A stretch of DNA of 64,000 bases from an uncultured Actinomyces sp. (GTDB taxonomy: Bacteria; Actinomycetota; Actinomycetes; Actinomycetales; Actinomycetaceae): NCBI GenBank assembly GCA_963525415.1, contig CAURIY010000005.1, forward strand, positions 54,441-118,440. The letters run 5' to 3'. Of this stretch, positions 9,725 to 19,793 are shown piece after piece; positions within the stretch are counted from its first letter, which is position 1, and each line of letters opens with the position of its first letter. The notes under the pieces were generated by a model. That model was not told the DNA's origin and made no database searches. It was given only the letters and a program-made list of their open reading frames with translations. The position numbers and the translations under genes are program-made.

Positions 9725-11160
9725 ATGGCATCCTCTCGAATCGTGAGGTCACGCTTGGCGACCTCAGTCATCACGAGGGAAGCGATCAGGGTCATACCCG
9801 TGTAGAACGCCATGAGGATCGCCAAAGCAACCCACGACTGGAAGTAGGCGACGAAAGCTGCTGCAACCAGCGGCCCAAAGCCTGCGGTAATGAGGTTCGG
9901 CAGTTCCTTCGACAGAGCCAGCTGCTCGTAGCGGTGAGCAGAACCGAAGCATTCGGCCATCGTGATGTTTTCAAGGGAGAACATGGCCAAAACGGTGACG
10001 TTGTGCAGCAGGATGTAGCCGATGAAGAACAGGAGGGTCGGCTGAGAGAAGTGCGCAACTTCACCGGTCGCACTCTTTTCGAGAACGGTCGCGGTTCCCA
10101 CGTTGTTCAGCATCAGGTAGAAGCAGGGAACAATGGCGATCAGACCCAGCAGGGAAACCACCGTGTACATGCGCTTACGGCCGATGCGGTCGCCCAGCCA
10201 ACCGATGAGCGGAACCGTCAGGAAGCCCGCCAGCGAGGAGTACACCACGATATTCGAGGCAACGGTCTTGGCCACCAGAACGTTCGCGGTCAAGAAGGTG
10301 ATGAGGTAGGTCTGCACCATGCCGGAGTTTCCGGACTGTCCAAAACGCAGAGTAGCGGCGACGAGGAATGCCTTGAGCGACTTCGGAGTCTTATCAGCTT
10401 CCTTCTTGGCTTCAGCCTTCTGAGCCTCACGATCCAGCGGCTGGTCGTAGGCAGCCACGATTTCTTCGTTAGAGGCTTCGAAAACGGGGGTTTCCTTCAG
10501 GTGCAGTCGGATGAAGATGGCCAGACCCATGAGGACAACCGAAGCGAGGAAGGGAATACGCCAGCCCCAGGCGATCACGGCGTCGCTGCCCATGACACTC
10601 AGCAGGACTGCCCAAATAGCAGCCGCACCCATGGTTCCGGAGTTGGTTCCAAGTGCAACGAGGGAGGAAATGATGCCGCGCTTTTCGCGGGGTGCGTATT
10701 CCGCCAACATGACGGAAGCGCCGGCAATTTCTGCACCTGCACCAAAGCCCTGGATCAGTCGCAGCAGCACCAGGAGGATCGGAGCTAGCAGGCCGACCTG
10801 ATCGTAGGTCGGGAGAACACCGATGAGGGTGGTGGCCACACCCATCATTGCGATGGTGATGAAGAGGACCTTGGTGCGGCCAATGCGGTCACCCATGCGT
10901 CCGAAGTACCACGCGCCAATGGGGCGGGCAATGTAGCCGACACCGTAGACGGCCATTGCGGACATAATGGCGACGGCCTGGCTGCCATGACCAAAGAAAA
11001 TATCCTTAAAAACAAGGGCAGCGGCCAGGGAGTACAGCTGGAAATCCATGAATTCGAGTGCGGTTCCCAGCCAGCCACTCATGGCAGCTTTCACCAGGTC
11101 GGCAGTGGTGCGGTTGACCGTGGGGTCTGCGCTTTCCACTCCTGCATGTGCGTTCGACAT
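9721..11160 (-). CDS. MHS-family MFS transporter (YdfJ-like)
   Basis: DLVKAAMSGWLGTALEFMDFQLYSL, GRMGDRIGR, LRLIQGFGAGAE, WGWRIPFL. About 12 TM segments. Confidence 0.88.
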   Translation of the reverse strand: MSNAHAGVESADPTVNRTTADLVKAAMSGWLGTALEFMDFQLYSLAAALVFKDIFFGHGSQAVAIMSAMAVYGVGYIARPIGAWYFGRMGDRIGRTKVLFITIAMMGVATTLIGVLPTYDQVGLLAPILLVLLRLIQGFGAGAEIAGASVMLAEYAPREKRGIISSLVALGTNSGTMGAAAIWAVLLSVMGSDAVIAWGWRIPFLASVVLMGLAIFIRLHLKETPVFEASNEEIVAAYDQPLDREAQKAEAKKEADKTPKSLKAFLVAATLRFGQSGNSGMVQTYLITFLTANVLVAKTVASNIVVYSSLAGFLTVPLIGWLGDRIGRKRMYTVVSLLGLIAIVPCFYLMLNNVGTATVLEKSATGEVAHFSQPTLLFFIGYILLHNVTVLAMFSLENITMAECFGSAHRYEQLALSKELPNLITAGFGPLVAAAFVAYFQSWVALAILMAFYTGMTLIASLVMTEVAKRDLTIREDAM

Positions 11161-11282
11161 GTCGATGCCTTTCTTTCGGGTTTCCCCTTGCGGGGGCGCG
11201 CAACGCTGGTCGCGCGGTACTCGTGTGTGGGTGGGGGACGAGGCGGAGCCCACCGGTGGGTCGCCTCGTCCTCCCGAGATGG

Positions 11283-12359
11283 TCAGTTCTGAGCGGATTC
11301 CTTGGAGATCGCTTCCAGGAGTCCGTTGAGGTAGACGAGGCCGAGGGCGCGATCGTAGAGCGGGTATCCCGCTCGTCCGGTTTCGCCCCAGATCATGCGG
11401 CCGTGGTCAGGGCGCACGTAGACGTCCGGGCAGGTGTCATGCAGTGCCTTCATGATGGCGTGCATGTCGAGGTTGCCGTCGCTGGACAGGTGCGCGGCTT
11501 CCTGGAAGTGCTTGTCGCCGAGGTATCGAACGTTGCGAACGTGTGCAGCTGCGATGCGGCCTCGTTCACCAAATCGACGGAAGATTCCGGGAACGTCGTT
11601 TTCCGGGTTCGATCCCAGAGAACCGGAGCAGACGCACAGGGAGTTCGCCGGAGAATCGAGCAGTTCGACGATCTTTTCGAGGTCTGCCTCGGTATTGCAG
11701 ATACGGGGGATTCCGAACAGAGGCCATGCCGGGTCGTCGGGATGGACGGCCATGCGGATTCCCACGCGTTCACAGGTCGGAATAATGCCTTCCAGGAAGT
11801 ACTTGTAGTTGGCGCGCAGCTGATCTTCGGTCATGGCGGTGTATTCGGCCATGACTTCGTCCAGGTGTGCCATGCGTTCGGGTTCCCAGCCGGGCAGGGG
11901 GAAGGAGGAGCCGTCAAGAGTTGCCTTGACGATATCCTGCGGCGTCATGCCTTCCAGAACCTTGTGGTCGTAGTAGAGGCAGGTGGAGCCGTCTTCGTTG
12001 ACGTGGTTCAGTTCGGTGCGCAGCCAGTCGAATACGGGCATGAAGTTGTAAACCACGACTTTGATGCCGTACTGAGCCAGGTTTTCGAGGGTCTGGCAGT
12101 AGTTGGCGATGTACTGGTCGCGCGAGGGTTTGCCCAGTTTGATGTCTTCGTGGACGTTAACGGATTCGATGACCTCGACTTCCAGTCCTGCTGCGTGGAC
12201 TTCGTCGACGAACTTCTGGATTTCTTCTTTCGGCCAAACTTCACCGACGGGAATCCAGTCCATCGCTCCCATAAGGCCGGTAGCTCCGGGGATCTGCTTG
12301 ATGTACTGGAGAGGAATGGGGTCGGATTGGCTGCCGTACCAGCGGAAAGTCATTTTCAT
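11283..12359 (-). CDS. uxuA: Mannonate dehydratase
   Basis: [63 protein letters not shown]. Confidence 0.95.
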   Translation of the reverse strand: MKMTFRWYGSQSDPIPLQYIKQIPGATGLMGAMDWIPVGEVWPKEEIQKFVDEVHAAGLEVEVIESVNVHEDIKLGKPSRDQYIANYCQTLENLAQYGIKVVVYNFMPVFDWLRTELNHVNEDGSTCLYYDHKVLEGMTPQDIVKATLDGSSFPLPGWEPERMAHLDEVMAEYTAMTEDQLRANYKYFLEGIIPTCERVGIRMAVHPDDPAWPLFGIPRICNTEADLEKIVELLDSPANSLCVCSGSLGSNPENDVPGIFRRFGERGRIAAAHVRNVRYLGDKHFQEAAHLSSDGNLDMHAIMKALHDTCPDVYVRPDHGRMIWGETGRAGYPLYDRALGLVYLNGLLEAISKESAQN

Positions 12360-13963
12360 TGTGCGAACTCCTGGTTGAGAAGGGAACGGACCGCACCCGG
12401 TCCGGCAATCATCTGGGTGAAGAGATCCTCGACCTTGCTGGCCAGAGGGGTGGTGTAGAGGTCAACACCGAAGATTTCGGGGCGCGACAGGATGGGTGTG
12501 AGCACGCCTTCAGCGGTTTCGGGTTCTCCGAGGCGTACACCCGCAACGTAGGGGGTGAGCTCATCGAGCAGAGGGTCGGACGAGAGTTCCACGGGCGCTC
12601 CGTCATCGGCAATCCCCATGAGGTAGCGGCACCATGCTGCAAAGACGAAGGGAATTGCTGTAAGGGATTCCAGGCTGAGGGTCTCGCTGGCGAGGTAGGC
12701 CTTCAAGGTTTCGCCGAAACGAATCGGAAGTTTTTGCGAGGTGTCCATCGCAATGCGCTGCGGCGTATCACCGAGGAAGGCGTTGGGGAAACGCTCTTCT
12801 TCCACTTCGCGAAGGAAATCAGCTGGGGAGACGATGCCCGGGTCGACGACAACGGGAAGTCCTTCATCCCATCCGAGGCGGTGAACGAGTCCCGCAAGCG
12901 CCGGATCCTGCATTTCACCATCAATGGTGGTTTCTCGCAGAAGAACACCGGTGATGGCGAGAGCCGTGTGGAGGGGATTCAAGCAGGTGGTGACCTTCAT
13001 ATGTTCGAAGCGATCGCAGGTGTCACGGTCGGTGAAGTAGACACCTACTTTTTCCAGAGCGGGACGACCGTTGGGGAATGAGTCTTCGACAACGAGGTAT
13101 TCAGCGGGTTCTGTGTTGACGAATCCCGCTAGCGGAGTGCGGGTGGTCGTATCGAGTTCCATGTCCTCAAAACCGAGGTCTCGCAGGCGAGTTGCAATGG
13201 TTTCAGAGGGACGCGGGGTGATCTTGTCGATCACAGAGATCGGGAAGGCCACCTTGCTTGGATCAGTGAGCCACTTCAGGAATCCGCTGTCCACTTTTCG
13301 ACGCTTCTCCCATTCCGCGGCAACAGTAGTCACGGAGTGGCGCAGTTTGTCTCCGTTGTGGGAGAAGTTGTCGCACGACAGGAGAGCCAGCGGGGCTCCG
13401 CCCGCGAGGTAGCGCTGGTAGAGAAGTCCGGTCACCATGGCCATGGTGTTGTTCATGGGTTCATCGGGATTCTTGTCGAAGTCCGCGAGAAGCCCTTCCT
13501 GGTAGGAACCATCCAGCGTTGTGAGCTGGTAGCCCTTTTCTGTGATGGTGAACGAGAGGATTTGCAGGCTGGGGTTGCGCACGATATCAGCTGCGCGCGC
13601 AAAGTCTTCGGGACGCTGATAGGCCAATCCTTCGGAGAGGGAGGCAATGACATCCATATCCGTACGGCCGTCGGCGTGAAGGGTAACCCCCAGGGTCAGC
13701 AGGTCGAAGGGGGCGAGCTGTCGATCCAGTTCGAGGGGAGACAGCGGAACGACTGCTGCAATGCCGCACTGTTCTTCTCCGGCTGCCATGAGCTCTTGTG
13801 CCAGGCGCGCGATGTAGACACGGAAGATATTTCCGGGTCCGAAATGCATCCATCGAGGGGATGTGCGGGCGCTTGCGCGCATCTGTTCCACGTCAAATCC
13901 CGGAGTTGCAATCCCGAGATCAGCGAGGTGTTCGGTATGCAGGCTTTCCAACCCAAGCCTCAT
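12356..13963 (-). CDS. uxuB: Mannitol dehydrogenase family protein (D-fructuronate reductase / mannonate oxidoreductase)
   Basis: [48 protein letters not shown]. Overlaps the uxuA start. Confidence 0.85.
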   Translation of the reverse strand: MRLGLESLHTEHLADLGIATPGFDVEQMRASARTSPRWMHFGPGNIFRVYIARLAQELMAAGEEQCGIAAVVPLSPLELDRQLAPFDLLTLGVTLHADGRTDMDVIASLSEGLAYQRPEDFARAADIVRNPSLQILSFTITEKGYQLTTLDGSYQEGLLADFDKNPDEPMNNTMAMVTGLLYQRYLAGGAPLALLSCDNFSHNGDKLRHSVTTVAAEWEKRRKVDSGFLKWLTDPSKVAFPISVIDKITPRPSETIATRLRDLGFEDMELDTTTRTPLAGFVNTEPAEYLVVEDSFPNGRPALEKVGVYFTDRDTCDRFEHMKVTTCLNPLHTALAITGVLLRETTIDGEMQDPALAGLVHRLGWDEGLPVVVDPGIVSPADFLREVEEERFPNAFLGDTPQRIAMDTSQKLPIRFGETLKAYLASETLSLESLTAIPFVFAAWCRYLMGIADDGAPVELSSDPLLDELTPYVAGVRLGEPETAEGVLTPILSRPEIFGVDLYTTPLASKVEDLFTQMIAGPGAVRSLLNQEFAQ

Positions 13964-13998
13964 TGCTTGCCCTTTCGTGACAGTATTCCAACAGCTTC

Positions 13999-14037
13999 GT
14001 TTCATATCGCGAAACTATTGTTTCATTCACGAAAAAC
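13999..14037. promoter_or_regulatory. Tandem IclR/KdgR-type operator upstream of uxuB
   Basis: GTTTCATATCGCGAAAC followed by GTTTCATTCACGAAAAAC. Confidence 0.55.
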
Positions 14038-14101
14038 GCTAACATTCTTCACAGTGAACGTCAATACACAAAACATCGCTAGAGATCGGCCGCAAAAAGA
14101 A

Positions 14102-14164
14102 TTGACAGACTTCTGCCGGGCGCGATAATTTCACTATGTCAAACAGGTATTTCATATAGCCGAC
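14102..14164 (+). promoter_or_regulatory. Promoter of the iclR-eda-kdgK unit with overlapping operator-like repeats
   Basis: TTGACA at 14102, -10-like GATAAT/TAATTT at 14124-14131, then TTTCACTATGTCAAAC and ATTTCATATAGCCGAC. Confidence 0.55.
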
Positions 14165-14169
14165 CTGTT

Positions 14170-15006
14170 ATGACGATCTCGCACCCCACCTGCAAGGAGG
14201 CACAACACGTGGCGCACAACCCCGAAGCGGAAGCATCCGCACCACGCAGCACCACTATTGCCTCCGTCGACAAAGCTCTCCGCGTCATCGAACACATGGC
14301 CACCCTGGGAGCACAGGGAACAGCCCTCAGCGATCTCGCGCGTGACCTCGAACTCAACAAATCCAGCCTCCACCACACACTCACCACACTGCGAGCACGT
14401 CACTGGGTGGAGCAAGACGACAGCGGACGCTACCACCTCGGTTCCGCCTCGTCCTCAATCGCCCGATGGTGGAGCGCGTCCGACCGCATTACCTCCACCC
14501 TCCACCCCGTTCTCGAACGCATCTGCGCCGAATGCCACGAACTTGTCCACCTGGGGAAGCTCTCAGAAAAATCTATGGTCTACCTCGACAAAGTGGAGCC
14601 CGACCGCCCTGTCCGCGTCTGGTCGCAGGTCGGAAGACGCGTCCCTGCTGCCATCACCTCCATGGGACGCGCCCTCCTCGGCGCAACGGATCCCAGCACC
14701 CTGGATCTGAACACCTGGCTTTCCTCAGTCCCCACCCCCGCCGACAATCTTCGCGAGCGCCTTCTGCAGGAAATCGACCGCGTTCGCACCCATGGATACG
14801 CCATTGAAATCGAGGAAAACGAACCGGGAATCGCCTGCGTCGGCGTCCCATTGATGATCCTCGATCAGCCCATTGCCGCCGTCTCCATCACCATGCCCAT
14901 CGAACGATGCAGCCAGGAACGCCTCCGCGAACTGGCAGCTCTCATCACCACGTCCGTACGCGACGCACAACTCAACGACATCACTCCCATCACACCGATG
15001 GCCTGA
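14170..15006 (+). CDS. IclR-family transcriptional regulator (KdgR-like role)
   Basis: SVDKALRVIE wHTH, TSMGRALL, GYAIEIEENEPGIACVGVP. The true start may be GTG 14209. Confidence 0.92.
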   Translation: MTISHPTCKEAQHVAHNPEAEASAPRSTTIASVDKALRVIEHMATLGAQGTALSDLARDLELNKSSLHHTLTTLRARHWVEQDDSGRYHLGSASSSIARWWSASDRITSTLHPVLERICAECHELVHLGKLSEKSMVYLDKVEPDRPVRVWSQVGRRVPAAITSMGRALLGATDPSTLDLNTWLSSVPTPADNLRERLLQEIDRVRTHGYAIEIEENEPGIACVGVPLMILDQPIAAVSITMPIERCSQERLRELAALITTSVRDAQLNDITPITPMA

Positions 15007-15045
15007 CTTTTTCCACCAGCACACCGTTTACTTCAAGGAGCCACC

Positions 15046-15678
15046 GTGACACTTCACGATATTCTGGCCGCGAATCCCGTCATGCCAGTCGTCGTCGTCG
15101 AATCCGCTCAGCAGGGTGTCAACGTAGGACATGCCCTGCTGCATGGCGGAATCACGACCGCTGAAGTGACGTTCCGAACCGCCGCTGCCCCCGATGCTAT
15201 CCGCGCAATGTCAGAAATTGACGGCCTCACTGTCGGAGCCGGAACCGTCCTCAACATCCGCCATGCCGAAGCAGCAATCGCGGCGGGCGCACAGTACGTC
15301 GTTTCCCCCGGATTCAGCGCCGATGTCGTGCGCTACTGCCAAGAGGCAGATGTTCCCGTTCTTCCGGCCTGCACCGACGGCACCCTCATCATGGCCGCAC
15401 TGGAACTGGGGCTCGACACAGTGAAGTTCTTCCCCGCCAACATCATGGGCGGCATCCCGGCAATGAAGTCCTTCGGCGCGGTGTTCCCGGGTCTGCGTTT
15501 TGTCCCCACCGGCGGCGTCAACGCGGCAAACCTCGCCGAATACCTCGCTGTTCCGCAGATCGCAGCCTGCGGTGGCTCGTGGATGGTCACCTCATCCCTC
15601 GTCGCAGAAGAAGCCTGGGACACGATCTCGTCCCTGAGCGCTGAAGCTCTGACTATTGCAAAGGAGGCCGGACGATGA
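15046..15678 (+). CDS. eda: KDPG/KHG aldolase
   Basis: EVTFRT, VGAGTV, VVSPG, KFFPA, FVPTGGVN, CGGSW. Confidence 0.95.
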   Translation: MTLHDILAANPVMPVVVVESAQQGVNVGHALLHGGITTAEVTFRTAAAPDAIRAMSEIDGLTVGAGTVLNIRHAEAAIAAGAQYVVSPGFSADVVRYCQEADVPVLPACTDGTLIMAALELGLDTVKFFPANIMGGIPAMKSFGAVFPGLRFVPTGGVNAANLAEYLAVPQIAACGGSWMVTSSLVAEEAWDTISSLSAEALTIAKEAGR

Positions 15679-16772
15679 CCCTCACGCTCCGTTCCGCTGA
15701 AGAATGCACCTATGACATCATTTCTCTGGGCGAAGTCATGCTCCGTCTCGACCCGGGCGAAGGACGCGTACGAACCGCTCGTTCTTTCCGCGCCAGCGAG
15801 GGCGGCGGAGAGTACAATGTGGCGCGCGGCCTACGCCGTTGCTTCGGTAAACGCGGTGCCATCGTCACCTCCCTCGTCCGTGATGAAGTGGGCCGTCTTC
15901 TCGAGGATCTGATGCTGACCTCCGGCCTGGACACCCTCATCCACTGGGTTCCCTCCGACGGTGTGGGGCGCGAGGCGCGGAATGGACTAAACTTCACCGA
16001 GCGCGGATTCGGTGTCCGAGGCGCTGTGGGATGCTCTGATCGTGGGAACACCGCGATTTCACAGCTGCGTCCCGACGACATCGACTGGGATCACCTTTTC
16101 GGCACCCTGGGTGCGCGCTGGCTGCACACCGGCGGAATTTTCGCCGCCCTTTCAGAAAATGCAGCGGAAGTAGCTGCCGCCGCGATGCAGGCCGCCACCC
16201 GTTACGGCACCGTCGTTTCCTACGATCTGAACTACCGTCCCTCCCTGTGGAAGGGAATTGGAGGGATTGAGAAGGCTCGGGAAGTCAACCGCAAACTGGC
16301 ACAGTATGTGGATGTCATGATCGGCAACGAAGAAGATTTCACCGCTTCCCTCGGATTCGAGGTTGAGGGAGCGGACGAAAACCTCACCAACCTGGAGATC
16401 AACTCATTTAAAGCCATGATCACTCAGGTGCAGGAAACCTACCCGAACTTCCAGGTAATCGCCACGACATTGCGCCAAGTTCAGACGGCGACCGTCAACG
16501 ATTGGGGTGCAATTGCCTGGGATCGCGACTCCGGTTTTGCTCAGGCAACACAGCGCAACGGACTGGAAATTCTTGACCGTGTCGGCGGCGGCGATTCCTT
16601 TGCCTCCGGCTTGATCTACGGCCTGATGGAAACCGGCGATATTGCTCAGGCCGTCGAATACGGTGCTGCGCACGGCGCCCTCGCCATGACCACACCGGGC
16701 GATACCTCCATGGCCTCAGTTGAGGAAGTGGAACGCCTGGTCAAGGGAGGCGGCGCACGCGTCCAGCGCTGA
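15675..16772 (+). CDS. kdgK: 2-keto-3-deoxygluconate kinase (PfkB family)
   Basis: LGEVMLRL, GGGEYNVA, YDLNYRPSLW, DRVGGGDSFASG. Coupled to eda. Confidence 0.88.
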   Translation: MTLTLRSAEECTYDIISLGEVMLRLDPGEGRVRTARSFRASEGGGEYNVARGLRRCFGKRGAIVTSLVRDEVGRLLEDLMLTSGLDTLIHWVPSDGVGREARNGLNFTERGFGVRGAVGCSDRGNTAISQLRPDDIDWDHLFGTLGARWLHTGGIFAALSENAAEVAAAAMQAATRYGTVVSYDLNYRPSLWKGIGGIEKAREVNRKLAQYVDVMIGNEEDFTASLGFEVEGADENLTNLEINSFKAMITQVQETYPNFQVIATTLRQVQTATVNDWGAIAWDRDSGFAQATQRNGLEILDRVGGGDSFASGLIYGLMETGDIAQAVEYGAAHGALAMTTPGDTSMASVEEVERLVKGGGARVQR

Positions 16773-16951
16773 TCTTTTTGTCCGCGCATCTCGGCGGGGA
16801 GCGTGTCGGAATTTTCCGACGCCTCCCCGCCGTTTTACCCGCGCGCCCATTCTCTCCCCACACGCTGCCGACGCAACGATGCCTCGTATCTCACTGTCCA
16901 TATCCACCCAGATTCGCTCTTTGTCGCACCAACGGACGCTAGTCTGCACCG

Positions 16952-17932
16952 GTGAGCACTTCGGAGAAAGATTCAGCCCCGTATACCCGCCCCCATGTCA
17001 TCGGCGTGAATCCGCGCTACCTGGCACTGGGGCTGGCCGTTCACCTGATGTGGGGCGTTTTCCCCATCTACTTCCACTTCCTGAATCCCGCTGGCTCGCT
17101 GGAAATCATCGTGCATCGCGCCCTGTGGGGCTTCGTATCCTGCGTCATTGCACTGGTTGCAATGGGGGCACTGAAGAATATTCGCGCGATCTTTGCCGAC
17201 CGCGACCTCTTTCTTCGCCTGACCGCCGCGGGCTTCCTGGTTCTCATCAACTGGACGACCTACATTTACGCGGTGCTCACCGACCGCACGGTGGACGCGG
17301 CTCTCGGCTACTTTATTAACCCCCTGTTGACGGTTGCGCTGGGCCTCATTGTTCTGCGCGAACACATCACGACAATGCAGAAGGTTGCGCTGGGGCTGGG
17401 CACTCTCGCGGTCGCGGTTCTCGTAGTCGGCATGGGGCGTTTGCCGTGGATTTCCCTGACGCTGGCGCTGTCTTTCGGCCTGTATTCCCTGGTTAAAAAG
17501 ACGGTGGCGTCGCGCGTCGCCCCCATGGAGGGGATGCTGGTGGAAACCGCGGTGGTTCTCCCGGTTTTACTCGCCTACTTCGGCTACCTCGCGGCGACGA
17601 GTTCCACGTCCTTCCACACGCTCACAGCCTCTGCTGAGCCGCACATGCACTGGGGAGTTCACCTGGCTCTTCTCATGGGGTCGGGGGTTCTCACGGTGAT
17701 CCCTCTGGTTTTGTTCGCGAAGGCAGCACAGGGGCTTCCCCTGGGAATTTTGGGGTTCATTCAGTACGTGTCGCCGACAATCCAGCTCCTGCTGGGGGTG
17801 TTCCTGTTCCACGAGCAGGTCGAGCCGATGCGCTGGGCGGCGATGAGCATTATCTGGTGTGCACTGGTGTGTTTAACGGTGGACGGTATGGTGCAGATGC
17901 GTCGTCGCGCACGCCTCCTGCGCGAGGCGTAA
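16952..17932 (+). CDS. rarD: EamA-family transporter RarD
   Basis: WGVFPIYF, EIIVHRALW, INWTTYIYAV, ALGYFINPL, SFGLYSLVKK, QYVSPT. A -10 TAGTCT 6 nt before the GTG suggests a leaderless mRNA. Confidence 0.9.
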   Translation: MSTSEKDSAPYTRPHVIGVNPRYLALGLAVHLMWGVFPIYFHFLNPAGSLEIIVHRALWGFVSCVIALVAMGALKNIRAIFADRDLFLRLTAAGFLVLINWTTYIYAVLTDRTVDAALGYFINPLLTVALGLIVLREHITTMQKVALGLGTLAVAVLVVGMGRLPWISLTLALSFGLYSLVKKTVASRVAPMEGMLVETAVVLPVLLAYFGYLAATSSTSFHTLTASAEPHMHWGVHLALLMGSGVLTVIPLVLFAKAAQGLPLGILGFIQYVSPTIQLLLGVFLFHEQVEPMRWAAMSIIWCALVCLTVDGMVQMRRRARLLREA

Positions 17933-17992
17933 GGCGGGGTTCCCCGATCACGCGGGCGCTTCGCCTCGTCAGTGGGAAAACCCGCCCTCCGC

Positions 17993-19336
17993 TCAGGCGG
18001 GTTCTTCGCGCGAGGTGAAGTTCGCGAAGCGGGCGAGGTGCCCTTGGAAGAGGGCGCGGATTGTGTCCGTTGAGCCGTTACGGTGCTTGGCCACAATGAT
18101 GTCGGCTTCGCCGGGGCGGTCATCCTTGTTGTAGTACTCGGGACGGTGCAGCAGGATGATGATGTCGGCATCCTGTTCCAGCGAACCAGATTCACGCAGG
18201 TCAGACATCATGGGTTTCTTGTCGGTACGCGCTTCCGGGCCACGGTTCAGCTGCGCGACGGCCACCACGGGAATATCCAAGTCCTTGGCCAGCAGTTTGA
18301 GGTTACGCGAGAGGACGGCGACTTCCTGCTGGCGCGACTCGACCTGTTTTCCGGTCGTCATCAGCTGGAGGTAGTCGACGACAACCAGCCCGAGGTTGTG
18401 CTGCTGCTTGAGGCGCATGCACTTGGAACGAATTTCCGTCATCGTCACGTTCGCGGAGTCGTCCACAAACAGGGGCGCTTCTGAGATACGCGAGGTGGTT
18501 TCGGAGACTTTCCGCCAGTCGCGTTCGCTCATTTCGCCCTTCATCATCTTGGACATGAAGACACTGGATTCCGCGGAGAGCATGCGCATGGCAATGTCGT
18601 TTTGCGACATTTCGAGCGAGAAGATCACCGAAGTGATGCCGTGTTTGATGGACGCTGATCGGCAGAAATCCAGGGCGAGCGTGGATTTTCCCATGGCGGG
18701 TCGGGCGGCAACGATGATCATTTGGCCGCCGCGCAGGCCGCCGGTCAGGGAGTCGAGGTCGACGAATCCCGTGGGGACGCCTGTCATTTTCCCCTGGTTG
18801 CGTTCGATGTTTTCCAGGTGGTCGAGGATGTTTTCCGACATTTCGCTCATGGGCACATAGTCGGTGGTGGAGCGCCCTTCGGCCACGGAGTAAATCTCGT
18901 TTTGTGCCTGATCGACGATGGCCTCAACGTCGCCGCCGGCGTCGGCGTATCCGAGCTGGACGACGCGAGTACCCGCCGAAACGAGGCGCCGGAGGATGGC
19001 GCGTTCGCGAACGATGCGCGCGTAGTAGCCGGCGTTGGCTGCGGTGGGAACGGAGGCGATGAGCGTGTGGATGTAGGGGGCACCGCCGACGCGCGCGAGG
19101 TCGCCCTGGCGTTGGAGTTCTGCGGCGACGGTGACGGCGTCCGCAGGTTCTCCTCGTCCCATGAGGTCGACGATGGTGTTGTGGATGGTTTCGTGGGCGG
19201 GCTTGTAGTAGTCGCTTCCGCGGATTTCTTCAGTGACGTCGCCTATGGCTTCTTTGGAGAGCATCATCGAGCCCAGGACGGACATTTCCGCGTCGAGGTC
19301 CTGGGGCGGTGTGCGGTCGAAATCTTCTACGGCCAT
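17993..19336 (-). CDS. dnaB: Replicative DNA helicase (no intein)
   Basis: RTPPQDLDAEMSVLG, AARPAMGKST, VVDYLQL, SDLRESGSLEQDAD, AKHRNG. Confidence 0.97.
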   Translation of the reverse strand: MAVEDFDRTPPQDLDAEMSVLGSMMLSKEAIGDVTEEIRGSDYYKPAHETIHNTIVDLMGRGEPADAVTVAAELQRQGDLARVGGAPYIHTLIASVPTAANAGYYARIVRERAILRRLVSAGTRVVQLGYADAGGDVEAIVDQAQNEIYSVAEGRSTTDYVPMSEMSENILDHLENIERNQGKMTGVPTGFVDLDSLTGGLRGGQMIIVAARPAMGKSTLALDFCRSASIKHGITSVIFSLEMSQNDIAMRMLSAESSVFMSKMMKGEMSERDWRKVSETTSRISEAPLFVDDSANVTMTEIRSKCMRLKQQHNLGLVVVDYLQLMTTGKQVESRQQEVAVLSRNLKLLAKDLDIPVVAVAQLNRGPEARTDKKPMMSDLRESGSLEQDADIIILLHRPEYYNKDDRPGEADIIVAKHRNGSTDTIRALFQGHLARFANFTSREEPA

Positions 19337-19529
19337 GACGTTTCCTGTCACTGTATCGGTCGAGCCAGGGGGCGTTTGGCGAACGTACGAGGCGGAGCGT
19401 GCGCCGCGTTGCCTCGTTGCCCGGGTGCGTGGTGCCGTTCCCGGTGAGCGCGGCGAGCGACGTTCGTGTGCGCGGACGTTCGCGTACACGCGAGGGTAGT
19501 GCTCTTTTCCACTGAACGCGAACCTTCAA

Positions 19530-19793
19530 TGTGGACAGAATGTGGATAAGATGTGGATATCTCGGCGTGTTTTCCACACGCGATGTGGAAAAATCCTAAA
19601 ATATCACGCATATCTGTGACACAGGTCATTGAAATAAGGTTTATACGGGGCAAAATTCTGCCTTTCCTCTGTCCACACCTGTGCACACAATCTGTGGATA
19701 AAAATTGGAAAGGTAGATGGTGGATACACAGCACGACAACTCCAGCAACCTTCAAGCAGGACTTGAAGGTTCTGTATCCACAGGCCATCCACA
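19530..19793. promoter_or_regulatory. Extra-origin DnaA-box cluster
   Basis: Perfect TGTGGATAA at 19541 and 19693. Near-consensus boxes at 19530, 19552, 19570, 19584, 19669, 19679, 19774 and 19785. Confidence 0.8.

Noticed and set aside
17993..19336. Intein in DnaB
   Set aside because: Length (447 aa) and contiguous motifs show no insertion.
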